Assembly: GCA_002269645.1 (NCBI GenBank)
Contig: NIVC01001891.1
Coordinates: 24,487 to 88,486, forward strand
Length of the DNA stretch: 64,000 nucleotides
Direction of reading: 5' to 3'
Source of the DNA: Macrostomum lignano
Lineage: Eukaryota
Both the position numbers and the translations under genes were made by a program. The notes beneath the pieces are model-generated. The model ran no database searches, was not told where the DNA came from, and worked only from the letters and a program-made list of their open reading frames with translations. Of the stretch, positions 13,201-25,700 are shown in pieces; the first letter of the stretch is position 1; each line of letters starts with the position of its first letter.

Positions 13201-14318
13201 ACTTGCTATACTGGCCAAGGTTCTAAAGTTCTAGGATTAAACGCGCTTCGCAAGATGCCTTGCTATCCAGGCAGATGTAGCTATATGTTCAGACGAATAC
13301 AAAGTCTTCGAGAGATTAGTTTGCAGACAGCGAATGACAGACGCCTGCTTCAGTTGGGGATGTTTTGAAATGCATTTAGCTGGCACCAATCAGCTTGGCC
13401 CTGAGCAGTGATTGGCACTGCGAGAAAACTCTCGCACTTTTTAGTAAAATGCCGACAAACAGAGGGCGATAGGTTCAGAACCTGCAGTAGATGACAGCAG
13501 GAACCCTTGATTGGAGAGGAGGCCACTTCTTGGTTGCCAAGGCGTTTTAGCACGATGGTCAATACATAATAATGACATTAAAATAATTGACATCCGCAAC
13601 CAATGAGGCAATTCCGCGTACTCCGCAGATTCTCTGTGCCTTTGGGGGTTGGCTGGTGAACTAAATCGAAACAGAACGTCGTAGATTAAAAATAAACAAA
13701 TCATTTGGAAACCGCAAACTTGAATTTTTGTTTTTTTTTACAATTCTCATTTATAATGACCCAACTAATAAACTGTTTATTATTACTGTTACATTAAATA
13801 TTATCAACTGTAAAGTTCGACGGGGGGGCAGTTGTATTAATGACAATCACTAATTACAGCTTTTAGGTCAGAGCGAGCAAGTGAAAGAAAAAAAGAAAAT
13901 AATTAATGCAACTCAGATATAGCAGAAAAAATATGATAATAATTAGTCTAACAGTCGTTAAAGTTAAACTTAACTAAACTACTAAAGCCTATAAACTATA
14001 CAAAACCGTAGGATAACAAAAATGGCAAATGAAGAACATACAAACCCCTTGCATTTAAATAATCTAAACACTTTAATTTTATTATTATTTTTTACATCGT
14101 TAATACTCTAAAGAGAAAAACACTATTGATAAAACTGCAATTAGCAAGAAAAAAACCTCAACGATTTGGGACCAAATTTGAAACAATATATGGAAAACAT
14201 TACCGCAATTTTTGCTTCACAAATTTGAACAAAGTCTCTAACACCCTTGCATGCGTCTTTTCAATGCGACTAAAGTTCAAAACTTGTAGAACAAGACGCT
14301 GGCATAGTTAATGTGTCA

Positions 14319-16926
14319 TTACAGGCTGCATTTCTTCAGCTTCGATGACGGACCGCCAGACTCGTAAGATGACGAATAGCGATTCTTCCGTTTGAGCACC
14401 TGCCGCATCAGCTCAACGCTGGTGTCCGGGCTCTCTCTGGTGAAGTCCAACCACTCAGCGGTGGCCAGGACGCCGTCGGGACAGTCGCGAATGCACCGGA
14501 TACAGGCGGATTTCAAGATTTCGCAATCGTACAGCCAGGCGATGCGAATGCAGCTGATTAAATTATCCGAGTTTAGCGAATAGGACAACCGTTGAGAGCA
14601 CAGTTCGATTAGGGATTTCACCTGCAACAGTTCGAGATATTCGAGTTTTGCTTGTGTGCTAAGTGACCCGAATATCTGCAGGATTGTTGGGTTGAGTGGC
14701 TGACTGAGTAACAGATAAGGGTGGGAAAGTGACAGACAGATTAGGGGTGTCTGAGTGACAGATTAAGGTTGTCTAAGTGACAGATTAGGGGTGTTTAAGT
14801 GACAGGTTAGGGGTATTTAAATAACAGTTTAGGGGTGACAGACTAGAGGTGTCTGAGTGACAGATTAGGGGTGTCTGAGTGACAGACTAGAGGTGTCTGA
14901 GTGACAGACTAGAGGTGTCTGAGTGACAGACTAGAGGTGTCTGAGTGACAGACTAGAGGTGTCTGAGTGACAGACTAGGGGTGTCTGAGTGACAGATTAG
15001 GGGTGTCTGAGTGACAGACTAGAGGTGTCTGAGTGACAGATTAGGGGTGTCTGAGCGACAGATTAGGGGTGTCTGAGTGACAGATTAGGGGGTGTTTAAG
15101 TGACAGATTAGGGGTGTCTGAGTGACAGACTAGAGGTGTCTGAGTGACAGATTAGGGGTGTCTGAGCGACAGATTAGGGGTGTCTGAGTGACAGACTAGA
15201 GGTGTCTGAGTGACAGACTAGAGGTGTCTGAGTGACAGACTAGAGGTGTCTGAGTGACAAACTAGGAGTGTCTGGTTGCCAGGTGATTGACAGGGTTCGT
15301 AATTGGCAGAAAGGGGACTATTTAAAATCAACATACCACACTGTACACTGACCTGATACAGGTGGGCCATCTTCATCAGTTCGAGAGCTCGGTCCTGCAG
15401 CTCGGTCCTGCTAATCCTACCGCCGTACAAGTACACAAAGAACAGACGAATAGTTTCCACCGAGAAACTATCAATGACAATCTCTGATTCAGTTGATTCT
15501 TTACAAGAATTCGAGATCATAGCGGCGAACACCTCGCTGCGGACGCACAGTACGCACTTGTGCACTTTAATCACGGTATCGCCTGGGGCCAGTATCCTCA
15601 GATCGGAGAATGAACCATCAACAAGTAGGCCGCTAAAGTCGCAGGCCTCCATTTGATAGTACACCTGATCGGCGTCCGGACCGTCAGCTGCTGTTGGACT
15701 GCACGGCCGGACTGATGGGCAGAGATGGAGCCGCGGATTCTGGCACTGCTGACAGCTGTGACACTGACGCTCGGAATTGGTGGACGGATCGGCTGACACG
15801 GTCTCTTCAATGGAGAATTCAACGTGAGCTCGGACAATGAGATTTTCGCTACTCTCCAGCATCAGGCGTTGGGCGAACCTGGCGTGACCGAAGCCGCGGT
15901 AGCTGTTGTTGTCCCGGCTGGTGATGTGCCGGTTGCGGTTGCTGAGGTCGCCGATCTTTGACCTGAGAGAGAGAGAGAGGGATTGGGTTTTACTACTTAG
16001 CTAGTAGTCTAGGGTTATAGCCTAGGGACTCACGACTGAAAGGTCGGGGGTTCGATTACCGATCCCACTGGAACAATTTGTGTGCTTGAGTAAGACACTT
16101 CACTCTACACTGCTTCAGTTCACCCAGCTGTAAAATGGGTGCCAGCATTAGCTGGGGTAATTGAGGGTGTGTGTGGCGACCCACCCCCTTAGTCCTTGGA
16201 CTGAACAGCCGTACGCAGCCTTCAGATGCGCCGCGCAATAGCTGCGACTGAGCTGTCGGTTGCACATCTGCCCCAAGTGGGGCAGGTGTAATCAATTATT
16301 ATTATTATTGGTTTGTTAGTTAGCTATAATAAAAATATTTGATTACACCTACCCTAATGGGGTAGGTCCAGGGTAGGTGTAATTCCGATGACTTCTGAGC
16401 ACACACACGCTCACATAGGGTGCACAGCGGCCCCGACTTTTATCGTTAGACAGTGCACACACTGAACATCGGGGCTGGCCTTAATGGTGGCATGAAATCG
16501 CAAACAAAAATTGCATCTCAGCCTACTAACAGTAAACACAATAGTTTTTGCTTATTTTACTCACCCATTATCTAATTCGATCTCAAAGCCAAATCGAACG
16601 GACACCTCCTTGACTTCGCCATACTCAGCAACCATCAGGAACAATCCAAAGAAGGATGTGGCAGCCTCTTCCCGTTTCTCTTTTAGATACATTTTGAAAG
16701 CAAAATCTGGCACATTGTTAGCGTAGAAAGCATCGGACTCAAAGCATCGGTCTTTATAGTTGTGAAAATTCCATTGGGCAATGCGCCACTCCAGACTCAT
16801 TGTGTGCACCGTGATGTCCGAGTGGATCACCTGGACAGATGATTCGGTATCTGATACGGCATTTGCACTGCCACTGCCGCCATTACGACGGTCAGTAGTT
16901 GAGGAAGTGTGACTGATAACGCGCAT
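14319..16926 (-). CDS. MATH-BTB-BACK protein (SPOP/roadkill-like Cullin3 adaptor); exons 16926-16565, 15962-15353, 14621-14319 (424 aa)
   Basis: GT-AG introns in compatible phases (1275 nt total). MATH-like (LEWRIAQW, FKMYLK, YRGFGHARF), BTB (FSDLRI, IKVHKCVLCVRSEVFAAM, FFVYLYGG, LMKMAHLYQ), BACK-like (VKSLIELC, LKSACIRCI), and a basic C-terminus. Confidence 0.85.
14712..15272. repeat. 22-bp minisatellite (GAGTGACAGACTAGAGGTGTCT) in SPOP-like intron 2
   Basis: Tandem period 22. Confidence 0.95.
16010..16308 (+). mobile_element. Second copy of the tRNA-derived SINE, inverted relative to the 11.1-kb copy
   Basis: B-box GGGTTCGATTACC, the same TTGAGTAAGACACTTCACTC...CACCCAGCTGTAAAATGGGTGCCAGC core, and tail GGTGTAATCAATTATTATTATT. 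Confidence 0.82.
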
Positions 16927-17751
16927 TTGAGCTTAGCTGGATGTGTACTTGTGTGTTTATTTATACCATGCAGTGCAATGATCATAATTAAAATAATGGA
17001 GCTGCATAGTTTTTAATGTAATTACAACAAAGGCTACAGGATGCTTTAGTTAGGTACATACAAACTTAAGTTTCCACCGAAATGCAACATATTGGTATTT
17101 AAAGAGCCTTTTTGCATTACAGCTTAGCTCTGTATGGAATTTAATTTTTTTTGTAATAAACATACTTTGCCTAATTTATCACCTGGTCAGATCAGAGTCT
17201 GATCAGGCCTAGTCTAGAATTTTCTATATACAATCTTGCAGGTTTTTATAAGCTTGCAAAACAATAATTGGAGAGGGCAAATAAAACTATTTGTTTTCTA
17301 TTTCTAATGGCAGTAGTTGACAATGGCCTATGGGAAACTGCTAACATGCAATATAGTGTATTTAGTTATGAGTACATATCCATTTCTTAAACATTACTTT
17401 GATTATTTTGAAATTATAGTCAAATTAGTTTTATTATAATATTTTTAAAAAGTATTCTATTAATAAATTTGTTTTGATATCATTTAAAAGTATAATGTAA
17501 GGCCAATTTTAGAATGCAGAAACAACCTGATCTTTGACTTTCTCTGCTCTAGAAAAACAAGATCTTTGGAAGTGAAAGACCATAATATTATGAGGAAATC
17601 ATTGTACAAAGTGGACTGTAAAGCTATATAGCAAGACCAATGCCACACTACACAAGGCATTGTGTAGTAATAAGCCCCTACCATCTTAACCACAATGTGC
17701 ATGTAGTATGAAAAATGTGTTGTTTGAGTCTGTGACCCAGAGACTTACAAT

Positions 17752-18135
17752 TCTAGGAACTTAAGAGCTCCCCTCAACCCTCACATTGAAAATGAAAACA
17801 TTCATCTTAACTTTATTCTACCACCTAACCCCAATGAGCACATGGAATTAAAACTCTATTGCTTAAGTCCCTAACCCTAGGGACTGAAGAGCTCCTCTGC
17901 ATTGAAAGTGAAAATATACATCTTAACTTTAGTTAGTCTCCCCATCACCTAACAATGCAGCATGCATATGGCATTGAAACTCTGTTGCTTAGTCTCCAAA
18001 TCCATGTAGGGACTTAAGAGCTCCCCTTTGAAAGTGAAAACATTCATCTTAACTTTAGCCTTTATTACCCAACCACACCATAGAGATGGCATTGACAATG
18101 AAATTCCAGGAACTTAAGAGTTCCTCTCAGTTTGA
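17752..18135. repeat. Degenerate ~120-130-bp tandem repeat (GGAACTTAAGAGCTCCC...GAAAACATTCATCTTAACTTT)
   Basis: The motif recurs at about 17755, 17880, 18010 and 18108. Confidence 0.7.
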
Positions 18136-19618
18136 TTTAAAATTGACAATATTCATTTATTTATATTATCCTAACTCTATCAAATCAATAACCCCAATGG
18201 CCTGTCAATTCTCAGTTAAGTAGATAATATTATTAGATATGTAAAGTACAAGTTCTCATAACTATATAGTCATAGGCCTATTGAAATCTAGACTCCAGAA
18301 GATTACATATCTGCCAGAAAATTCTAGCATACAACTGACCTCTTTCAAAGTTGGTGTATAAATTTTGGCATATAAATTCATGCAGATTGTTTGGCATACA
18401 AATTTATGCTGCACATGACAATTTTAATGAAAATAAATGTTTTTATATAAAATAGACAAAAATTCATTCATATTTAAAAGTCAATTATAAATTTTGGCTT
18501 TTTATAAATAACATTAATTAAAAAAAGCTGGGTTTTTTGTGCAAAGGGTGCAAACAGCATCCTGGTCTGCAAATTTTTTGCAAAGATGTGATGCAGATTT
18601 AAAAATTTAGTGTTATGGATGTCTTAAGTCTGTAACTTTGTATTCTTAGAATTAGCCAGTAATTTTTTGAATTCTTAATTAATGTAATTTAAGGAATTTT
18701 CAACTGTCAATTAAATTTTGGTAAGCAGAACCTGATGAATTGAACACTGAATGGTGGACAGCCTGGGTTTTTTTGTGCAAATAGGTGCGAATAGCATCCT
18801 GGTCTTGAAATTGCACCCTGAAATCTAGCACAGGGTGCCAAACCCAAGCTATGGACAAAAAAACCCAGAAAAAGAGTAAAAATATTGCTTAAAACTTTAA
18901 TTACACAGCATTATTTCTAAAGGTATTTATTAATTTTGTTTAAAATTGGAATATTTATATTATTTTAAAAAGAACTTCCTTACATAAACCTTTTCTAGGA
19001 AACTCAACTTGTAAAAACCAAATTACCTTTTTAAGAGAACTTTTTTGGTATAAATTTTAGGCATATTTTCCATTTTTGGCATATATTGGCATACATTTTG
19101 TCAAGATAGAATTATTGTTCTGGCATAAACTACTACATAATCTGGACCCTAGATCCACATTTATATGCTTTGCCAAAAAACCTCTATATCAATAACTTAT
19201 TATAGCTATATCCAGTGTTAGGCACAATTCAGATATTTCAATACTCTGATACTATTAGAGTTTGGTAACTTCCAATACAATTTTCAAATTTTCCAGATAG
19301 TCTAATAGTCCAATACTTTTAGCTACTGATTGCTATTTGTTTCTACAATTTCTATAAGATAGTAAATATACACGAGTACTACACTATAGTGTCCCAAGCC
19401 CGCAGCCGGCCTCCCGCCCCCTGATCTTGCAGAGTGTGGACCGGGGGCCTGCCGGAGCCTCGCCTGGGAGCAATCCTGGGGAAAGATGGCAACCCAAAGC
19501 CTTCCTGCTGTTCGCCGTGGCAGGGGGTAGCTCCTCGGAGCTGGCTGGGGGTATACCCAGTCCCCGAGCGGTCGGTCTGCCTTTTTCTAATTTGTGTTTC
19601 TTCTCCGTTTCAGCTTCT

Positions 19619-20536
19619 ATGGATTCTAAACAAAAATCTCTTCCGGCTCAGGAGCCGGCAACTCCCGCGGCCGGGGGTCCAAAAATCCCCCAACCCTCCA
19701 GCTCGGAGGTATTTCTCTCCGCGAACCCCGCGGTTACTACCCTAAGTGGGGCTAATTCGACTCCCACTGGTGGAGATTCTGGTGGTGACACAACCACGTA
19801 CCGCGACAGCGAGGCTAACGCGGCTCCCAGCACTGTCCGCAAGAGGCAGCAGCCTGAGGACCGCACGCTTACCCCCCAGGACCCGAAGCGCTCTAAGGGC
19901 AGGGGGACAGCCGGCTCCTATGCCAAGGTGGCTGCTGAGCCCCTCCATAAAATCTGCGTCCGTGCGGCCAGCGGGACGCTGAGTGACGCCCAGATGGAAG
20001 GTGCTATTGCCCTCGTTGACGACTTCCTCTAGGATAACGACCATCTCGGTGTTGAGGTCGAGTCAGTCAGATTCGCCAACGGCAATCTCATCCTCGCTTT
20101 CAAAAGTGAGGTCCATCTGAGCACTGCCTTAGCCAACCTGCCCAGCATCGACTGGAGTACCTCCACGGCACAGCTCCCGGAGCTGGTCGTTGAGAAGGCC
20201 CGTCCTCCGCCTCCATGTAAGAGGTATAGGGCCTTCTATTCCGGGCACAGGACGATCGAGGAGATCCGTGGTCGTCTTGTCGCCAAGCACCCCGAGTTGC
20301 CGGCGGACGGCCTCCGGGCCTACAAGGAGGTGCCGGCCAAGGACGGCAACGGGAAGACCCTCTACATGGGCCTCTCCGCTGATTGGGAGCGCCACATGCA
20401 AGGCAAAGACCACGCCGCCTACGTTGGGGCATGGAAGTTAGTCTTCCACCTCATCCCTAGGAAGAAGCGCAACGCCAGCGGTGAGCAGCGCCGAGACGAT
20501 CCCGAGAGCCCGGATAGCTCTGAGGGCGAGACTTAA
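19619..20536 (+). pseudogene. LINE ORF1 (MDSKQK...), in-frame TAG at 20030-20032
   Basis: The ORF-track segments 19427-20032 and 20297-20536 share a frame, and the reading frame is open from 20033 to 20536. No CCHC knuckle is visible. Confidence 0.75.
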
Positions 20537-20553
20537 GCTGTTCTCGACCCGCC

Positions 20554-22283
20554 ATGCCCAGATCTTCAATGATGAGGCGTGACCGTCTGAGGACCAACCC
20601 GGCGGGTGGGTCCAATGATGATTTCACCACACTCACGCAAAACAGTGATCATAACCTGCACATCGTGCAGATTAATCTGCACCACGCGGTCGCAGCCTCC
20701 AGCAGCCTCACCGACACCCTCAATGGCACCGGTGTTGACATCTACCTCATCCAGGAGCCTTACACCGTGAGAGGTAAGCCCACCCTGCTGCCGAAAGGCT
20801 ACCAGATCCTCTTCCTCTCTGGAGGGGAAACCCCTAGGGCCATTGCTCTGGTCAAGTACGAGCTCGCAGCCATGCTCATGCCGATGTTTTGCAATAAAGA
20901 CATCTGTACCTTCACCGTGAACGGGATGATTTTCTCATCCGTGTACATGGACATTCAGGATGAGCTTCCGTCACCCCTCCTGCAGGATCTCGCAAACTAT
21001 TGTATCATCGAGAACCGGAACCTCATTATTGGTTGCGACGCTAATGCTCACAACACTGCGTGGGCTAGCAGTAACACTAACCTTAGAGGTAGTATGCTTA
21101 TTGATTTCATTAACACCTCGAATTTGCATATTTGCAACTTGGGGCGTAAACCCACCTTTGCGAATGCTAGCAGGAAAGAGGTCATTGATCTCACCCTTGC
21201 GTCCAGTAGCATCCTTAATCGGATTCAAAATTGGAGGGTCAGGGACGATATCCCCTCGCTCTCGGACCATTTCTACATCCATTTCAGCGTCACAGCTGGC
21301 GGCGCTCGCGTCACCAAGGCGAACCGTCCCAATTTAAAAAGGGCGGATTGGACTGGCTTCAGAAGGGACCTTGAGTCTCTGATCAGCAGCGAACCGGCCG
21401 ATGACCTGGAAGGCTGCGATGATATTCCGAGCATTGAAGCACGCTGCAACAAACTTGTCGAGCTGCTTAATGCGGCCACGATCAAGAACGCTCCTCCAAT
21501 TGTCAGTAGAAAGAAGTACTCACCTTGGTGGAACAAGGAGCTCACCCGCTTAAAAAAGGCCTCCCGTCGGCTGCATCGGATTGCCAACCGGAACAACACC
21601 CCAGAAGACTGGGAGAACTACCACTCTGCTTTGAGAATCTACAAGAGTTGCATCCGGAAGGCCAAAAAGGACACCTGGAAGGCCTTCTGCGCCGGTTTAG
21701 AGGGCCAGCATCCTACTGCCCGGCTGGTCAAGTCCCTCAGGCATGACAACCTCGCCCAGTGTAACTCCCTCCTCCATTTGGATGGCAACTATTCCAGAAC
21801 CGCCGAGGAATCCCTCAATCTGCTTTTCTCAGCTTGTTTCCCCACATGCGAGCATCCTGAGCAAATCATTGCTGATCACAACCCAAGAGATCGACAGCTT
21901 TTCGAGCAGTGCGCCACCAAGAACTTAATTCAGCTGGCCGCCAACACTTTTAAGCCGTTCAAAGCCCCCGGCATTGACAATATCGCCCCCTGTGTTCTCC
22001 AGGAAGCGGTTAAGCTGCAGAGCTTCTCTGCCTTTTTCTCTAAGCTCATCACCGACTGTTTCACCACTGGGTACATTCCCACTATCTGGAGGACCGCTCA
22101 GGTGGTCTTCATCCCCAAGCCTGCCAAAGGCGACTATACTAATGTGAAATCTTTCCGCCCCATCAGCCTTACATCCTTCTGCATTAAGCTGATGGAGAGA
22201 CTCATCTTGTGGAGGCTGCGCGACTGCGAGTTAAGGACGGCACCCATAAGTAAGCACCAATTCGCCTTCTAGCCAGGTAAAAC
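20554..22283 (+). pseudogene. LINE ORF2 5' part: APE endonuclease and start of RT
   Basis: [24 protein letters not shown]...IDLTL, SDH (APE); [13 protein letters not shown]...[13 protein letters not shown] (RT). TAG at 22270 where Q is expected (Q-P-G-K). Confidence 0.92.
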
Positions 22284-22790
22284 CACAGATACTATAAACA
22301 CTAGATAGGCCACTCAGGCTAATTTTCTGGGCAAGTTTTTTATTCTACTTTCTGCTTAGTAGCAATGAAAGGAAGCAACAGTATTATTTGCTAAGTTAGA
22401 CAAATCGAGCGACTGTTCTTGAGACATCGTTTGCTATAAGATCGTCATAGACAACTAACTTGTTTTGGGCAGTAAGGGTGTACATTAAGACGCGACAGTG
22501 TACAATTCCGCTTATCTTTTAAGTTTTAAAGTGGATGAAGGGGTAGTCTGAAATGGGGTTGATATCGGTTTCGTATAAGGCAGGGTGAGAGGATCGATAA
22601 TTTAGGCGCACTGGTGGTGGGATAGAAAACCAAGGACTGCACATAGCTAGCCTGGGTTAGGGGTGGGGTTTGAGAGGTTGGGGGTTAGAAATTTTGGGGC
22701 TGGCAAATCGTGTTTAAATACAAGCTTATATTGATAAACAGGAAAAGAGTCAAGAGTTAATGAAAGTACTAGCTTTTCTATCTCGTAGAG

Positions 22791-25700
22791 ATGTCATTTG
22801 ATTCGAACCACTGCTGTGCTCCCACTTGCACGAGCTCTGTGCTATCACCACCCGAGAAAGGAAATCCGGTGCGAATGCATAGATTTCCGAAAGATGAAAC
22901 TGTGGCGAAGCGCTGGCAGCAGCTATTGGAGCTGGATATTGACCTCCAAACAATATGGTCACGGGGCCTACGTGTATGCAGCTTGCACTTTACGGACGAG
23001 GCCTACAACTGCCCTAAAAAGCGCCACGAACAAGACACCCGTCTTCGCTGGGACGCAATCCCACACCGAGAGCTGGTGCTGCCTCGGCTCGTTCGAATAG
23101 ACCAACTACCCTCTGTGCAAAGAACTGATGATGAAGCTGACAACATGTACCCTCCAGTGCTGGAGCCAATTAGCGATCTGCCCGCAGCCGAGCCTGCGAC
23201 CTGCCTGCTGCCAGTGCAGTGGCAGAGCAACAGTCGGCTACCAGATGCTGCACCGAGAATAGCTGTTGCTGCTGAGAGCTCTCACCTCTGCAGCCGATTC
23301 CAAGCACGAGAGGCAACGATAAAGCGACTGCGATCCCGAAAGCGACAAGCGATGATCAAACGGCTGCAACAGCAACTCTCGATGGCCAAGGCAAGTGCAG
23401 CGCAGTCGTGCATTCGTGGTCAACTGGGCTCTCGCAGTCGGGGGGTGCGCTGGTCGAAGGATGTCATCAACAGATCATTGCAGCTGCACCACAAGAGCCC
23501 TGCTGCTTATCGGCTGTTACAAAACCACTGGGGATTGGCTCTGCCATCGAATACATCCTTGAAGAGGCGCATTCGCCAGTTTTTTCCATCTGTTGGGCCG
23601 TGCCGCTTGACACTTCAGTTGTTAAGCAGCCAGCTGAATGCTGGCCCTGAACAAAGACGACTGGCGACCCTGTGCTTCGACGGCATAAGCTTGTCACCCA
23701 GCGTGCAGTACGACTCGAACGCTGACAGAGTAGTCGGCTTCGACGACCGGACAGTCGGGGCACTGAGGGAGTGTACCAGCAGGCAGCAGCAGCAGGACGA
23801 GGAATGGGGTCGGCGCGTCCAGGTGAAGGCGGCGAGCAGGGACGAGGCCGTCAGCTTCAGGAGGTTCCGGACGGGGCACTCCTTGGAGCTGGCAGCCTAC
23901 CGGAAGAGGATCGGCAAGGAGACCAGCGGCATGTGCCGGGCCTGCGGGTGCGAGGAGGAAACGGTGCAGCATGTGTGTGAGTGCGCCGCGACGGTGAGAG
24001 CTAGGGGCCGGTTTGGTGTGCACGGGCTGTCGGACCTCAGCAGGAGTCAGGAGAACGCCTTGGCCATGTGGAGATGGTACCGGGACCTCCCACCCGAGCC
24101 CGGAGGAGGACGGAAATCGGCCTAACGTCGGCCGGTGGCGCGGGTGCGTCACCGAAACAACAACAACAACAACAGCAGCAGCAGGAGCAGCAGCTGAAGC
24201 CAGTGAACGAGGCAGTAGTCGCCGTGCTGCGAGGTGTTGCGCAGGACTGGAAGCAGCCGATCGCCCAATATCCCGTGAGCCACACTCTCGGACAGTCCGG
24301 GTTCAAGGCCGCCATCGCCGAGTGCTTGCGCGCCAGTCACGAGGCCGGAGTTCGGGTTGTTGCTCTAGTTGCCGACCAGGAATCAACGCAGTGGGCTCAT
24401 CTGAGCAGGCAGGCAAGCGCGGCAGCACCGTTCTTACAGCATCCGGTTACACAGGCCCCTGTGTACGTGATGATTGACGTGCCACATTGCCTGAAGAACA
24501 CCCGTAATGCCCTAATGAAAAATGACATTGAGTTTGACGGCCAGAAGCTCGCGAAATGGCATCACCTACTCAGCTTCTACGAGGTCGACTGCAGCCGATC
24601 GCTACGACTTGCAGTTCGTTTGAGCGATGCTCACTTTAACCTACAGCTGGGACAGAAGATGCGGGTCTCTCTCGCAGCGCAGATTTTTAGCCGTTCCATC
24701 GCCAGCGGCATCAAGACACTCGTACACCACCAAGTGATGAAGGCTGACGCCCTGCAGACCGCCGAGTTCGCTGAGAGATTGAATGACGCGTTCGATCTGC
24801 TGAACTCATCACACTCCTTCGTCAAAGGCACAAAGCAGCCGATTCGTCGTGAGTCGTTGGTGGACCAAATGGAGCAGCTGCGAAAAGTGGAGAATTTTGT
24901 GAAAAGCTGGCGCTTCCTTCCGCACACCGGCAGAGCTGCGAAGGCGACCATGAATTTCAAGGAGGGCTGGCTGTTGTCAATTTCTGCGATTCGCTGCTTG
25001 TCCGCTCAGTTAATTCAGAACGAAGGCTTCGAGTACGTCTGCACGCGACGGTTCTCGCAGGATCATGTTGAGGTGAGCTTCGCATCAGCTGTGCATATTA
25101 TGTGTTGCTCGTATTTTTCGGTTCTTCGAGATTCTTTATGATTAGCTAATTTAGCTTCTTGAAGTTTCACTTTTTCAAAAACGCAATTTTACTCCTCGGA
25201 AAGGCAGTAAATGTAAATCATACTTTCAGAGTGCACCGAGTAGTACAATTTTAGCAAAGTGAAACGCCATCCCTTTTCAGAATCTCTTCAGCATCCTTAG
25301 AGGGCGCAACGGGTTCAATGAAAAACCCGAACTGTCAGCTTTCATTGGCGCCCTGAGATCAGTAGCGGCTGGTGGGCTCTCTAAGCCGGATTCATCGGCT
25401 AGGAACTGTGAGGATGACGGCTGCTCAGCTGCGATCTCAGCTTCCGGCGCATCAGCTTGCGCATCAGTAGGACGAGACGACAGCACTGCTGCAACAAGTG
25501 ACTGGACACCGCCGAGTGAAGCCTCTGGCAGCAATTCAAACGAAGCAGCCATCCCGCTGCTGCACGAACCGATGGAAGGCCTGGCTACTGTCCAAGACGA
25601 TGCAGTACTGAACGAGGCCACTGAATACGTAGCTGGTTACGTGCTGAAAAAGAGTGGCGTATTGGACTGCAGCAACTGCAGGGCGGAGCTGACAGTGTCA

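Noticed and set aside
2452-13368. Long plus-strand ORFs (177 aa at 2452, 296 aa at 12478) opposite ENaC exon 1
   Set aside because: Antisense shadows of GC3-rich coding sequence; no recognisable domain.
16342-16383. 13-bp perfect hairpin ATTACACCTACCC...GGGTAGGTGTAAT
   Set aside because: Resembles back-to-back SINE/LINE tail remnants; no independent evidence of function.
23823-24186. Splicing out of the LINE insert to rescue the transposase (phase-0 donors at 23823 and 23994 into the CAG run)
   Set aside because: The frame would work, but the would-be acceptor is preceded by (CAA)n with no pyrimidine tract or branch point; unsupported without RNA data.
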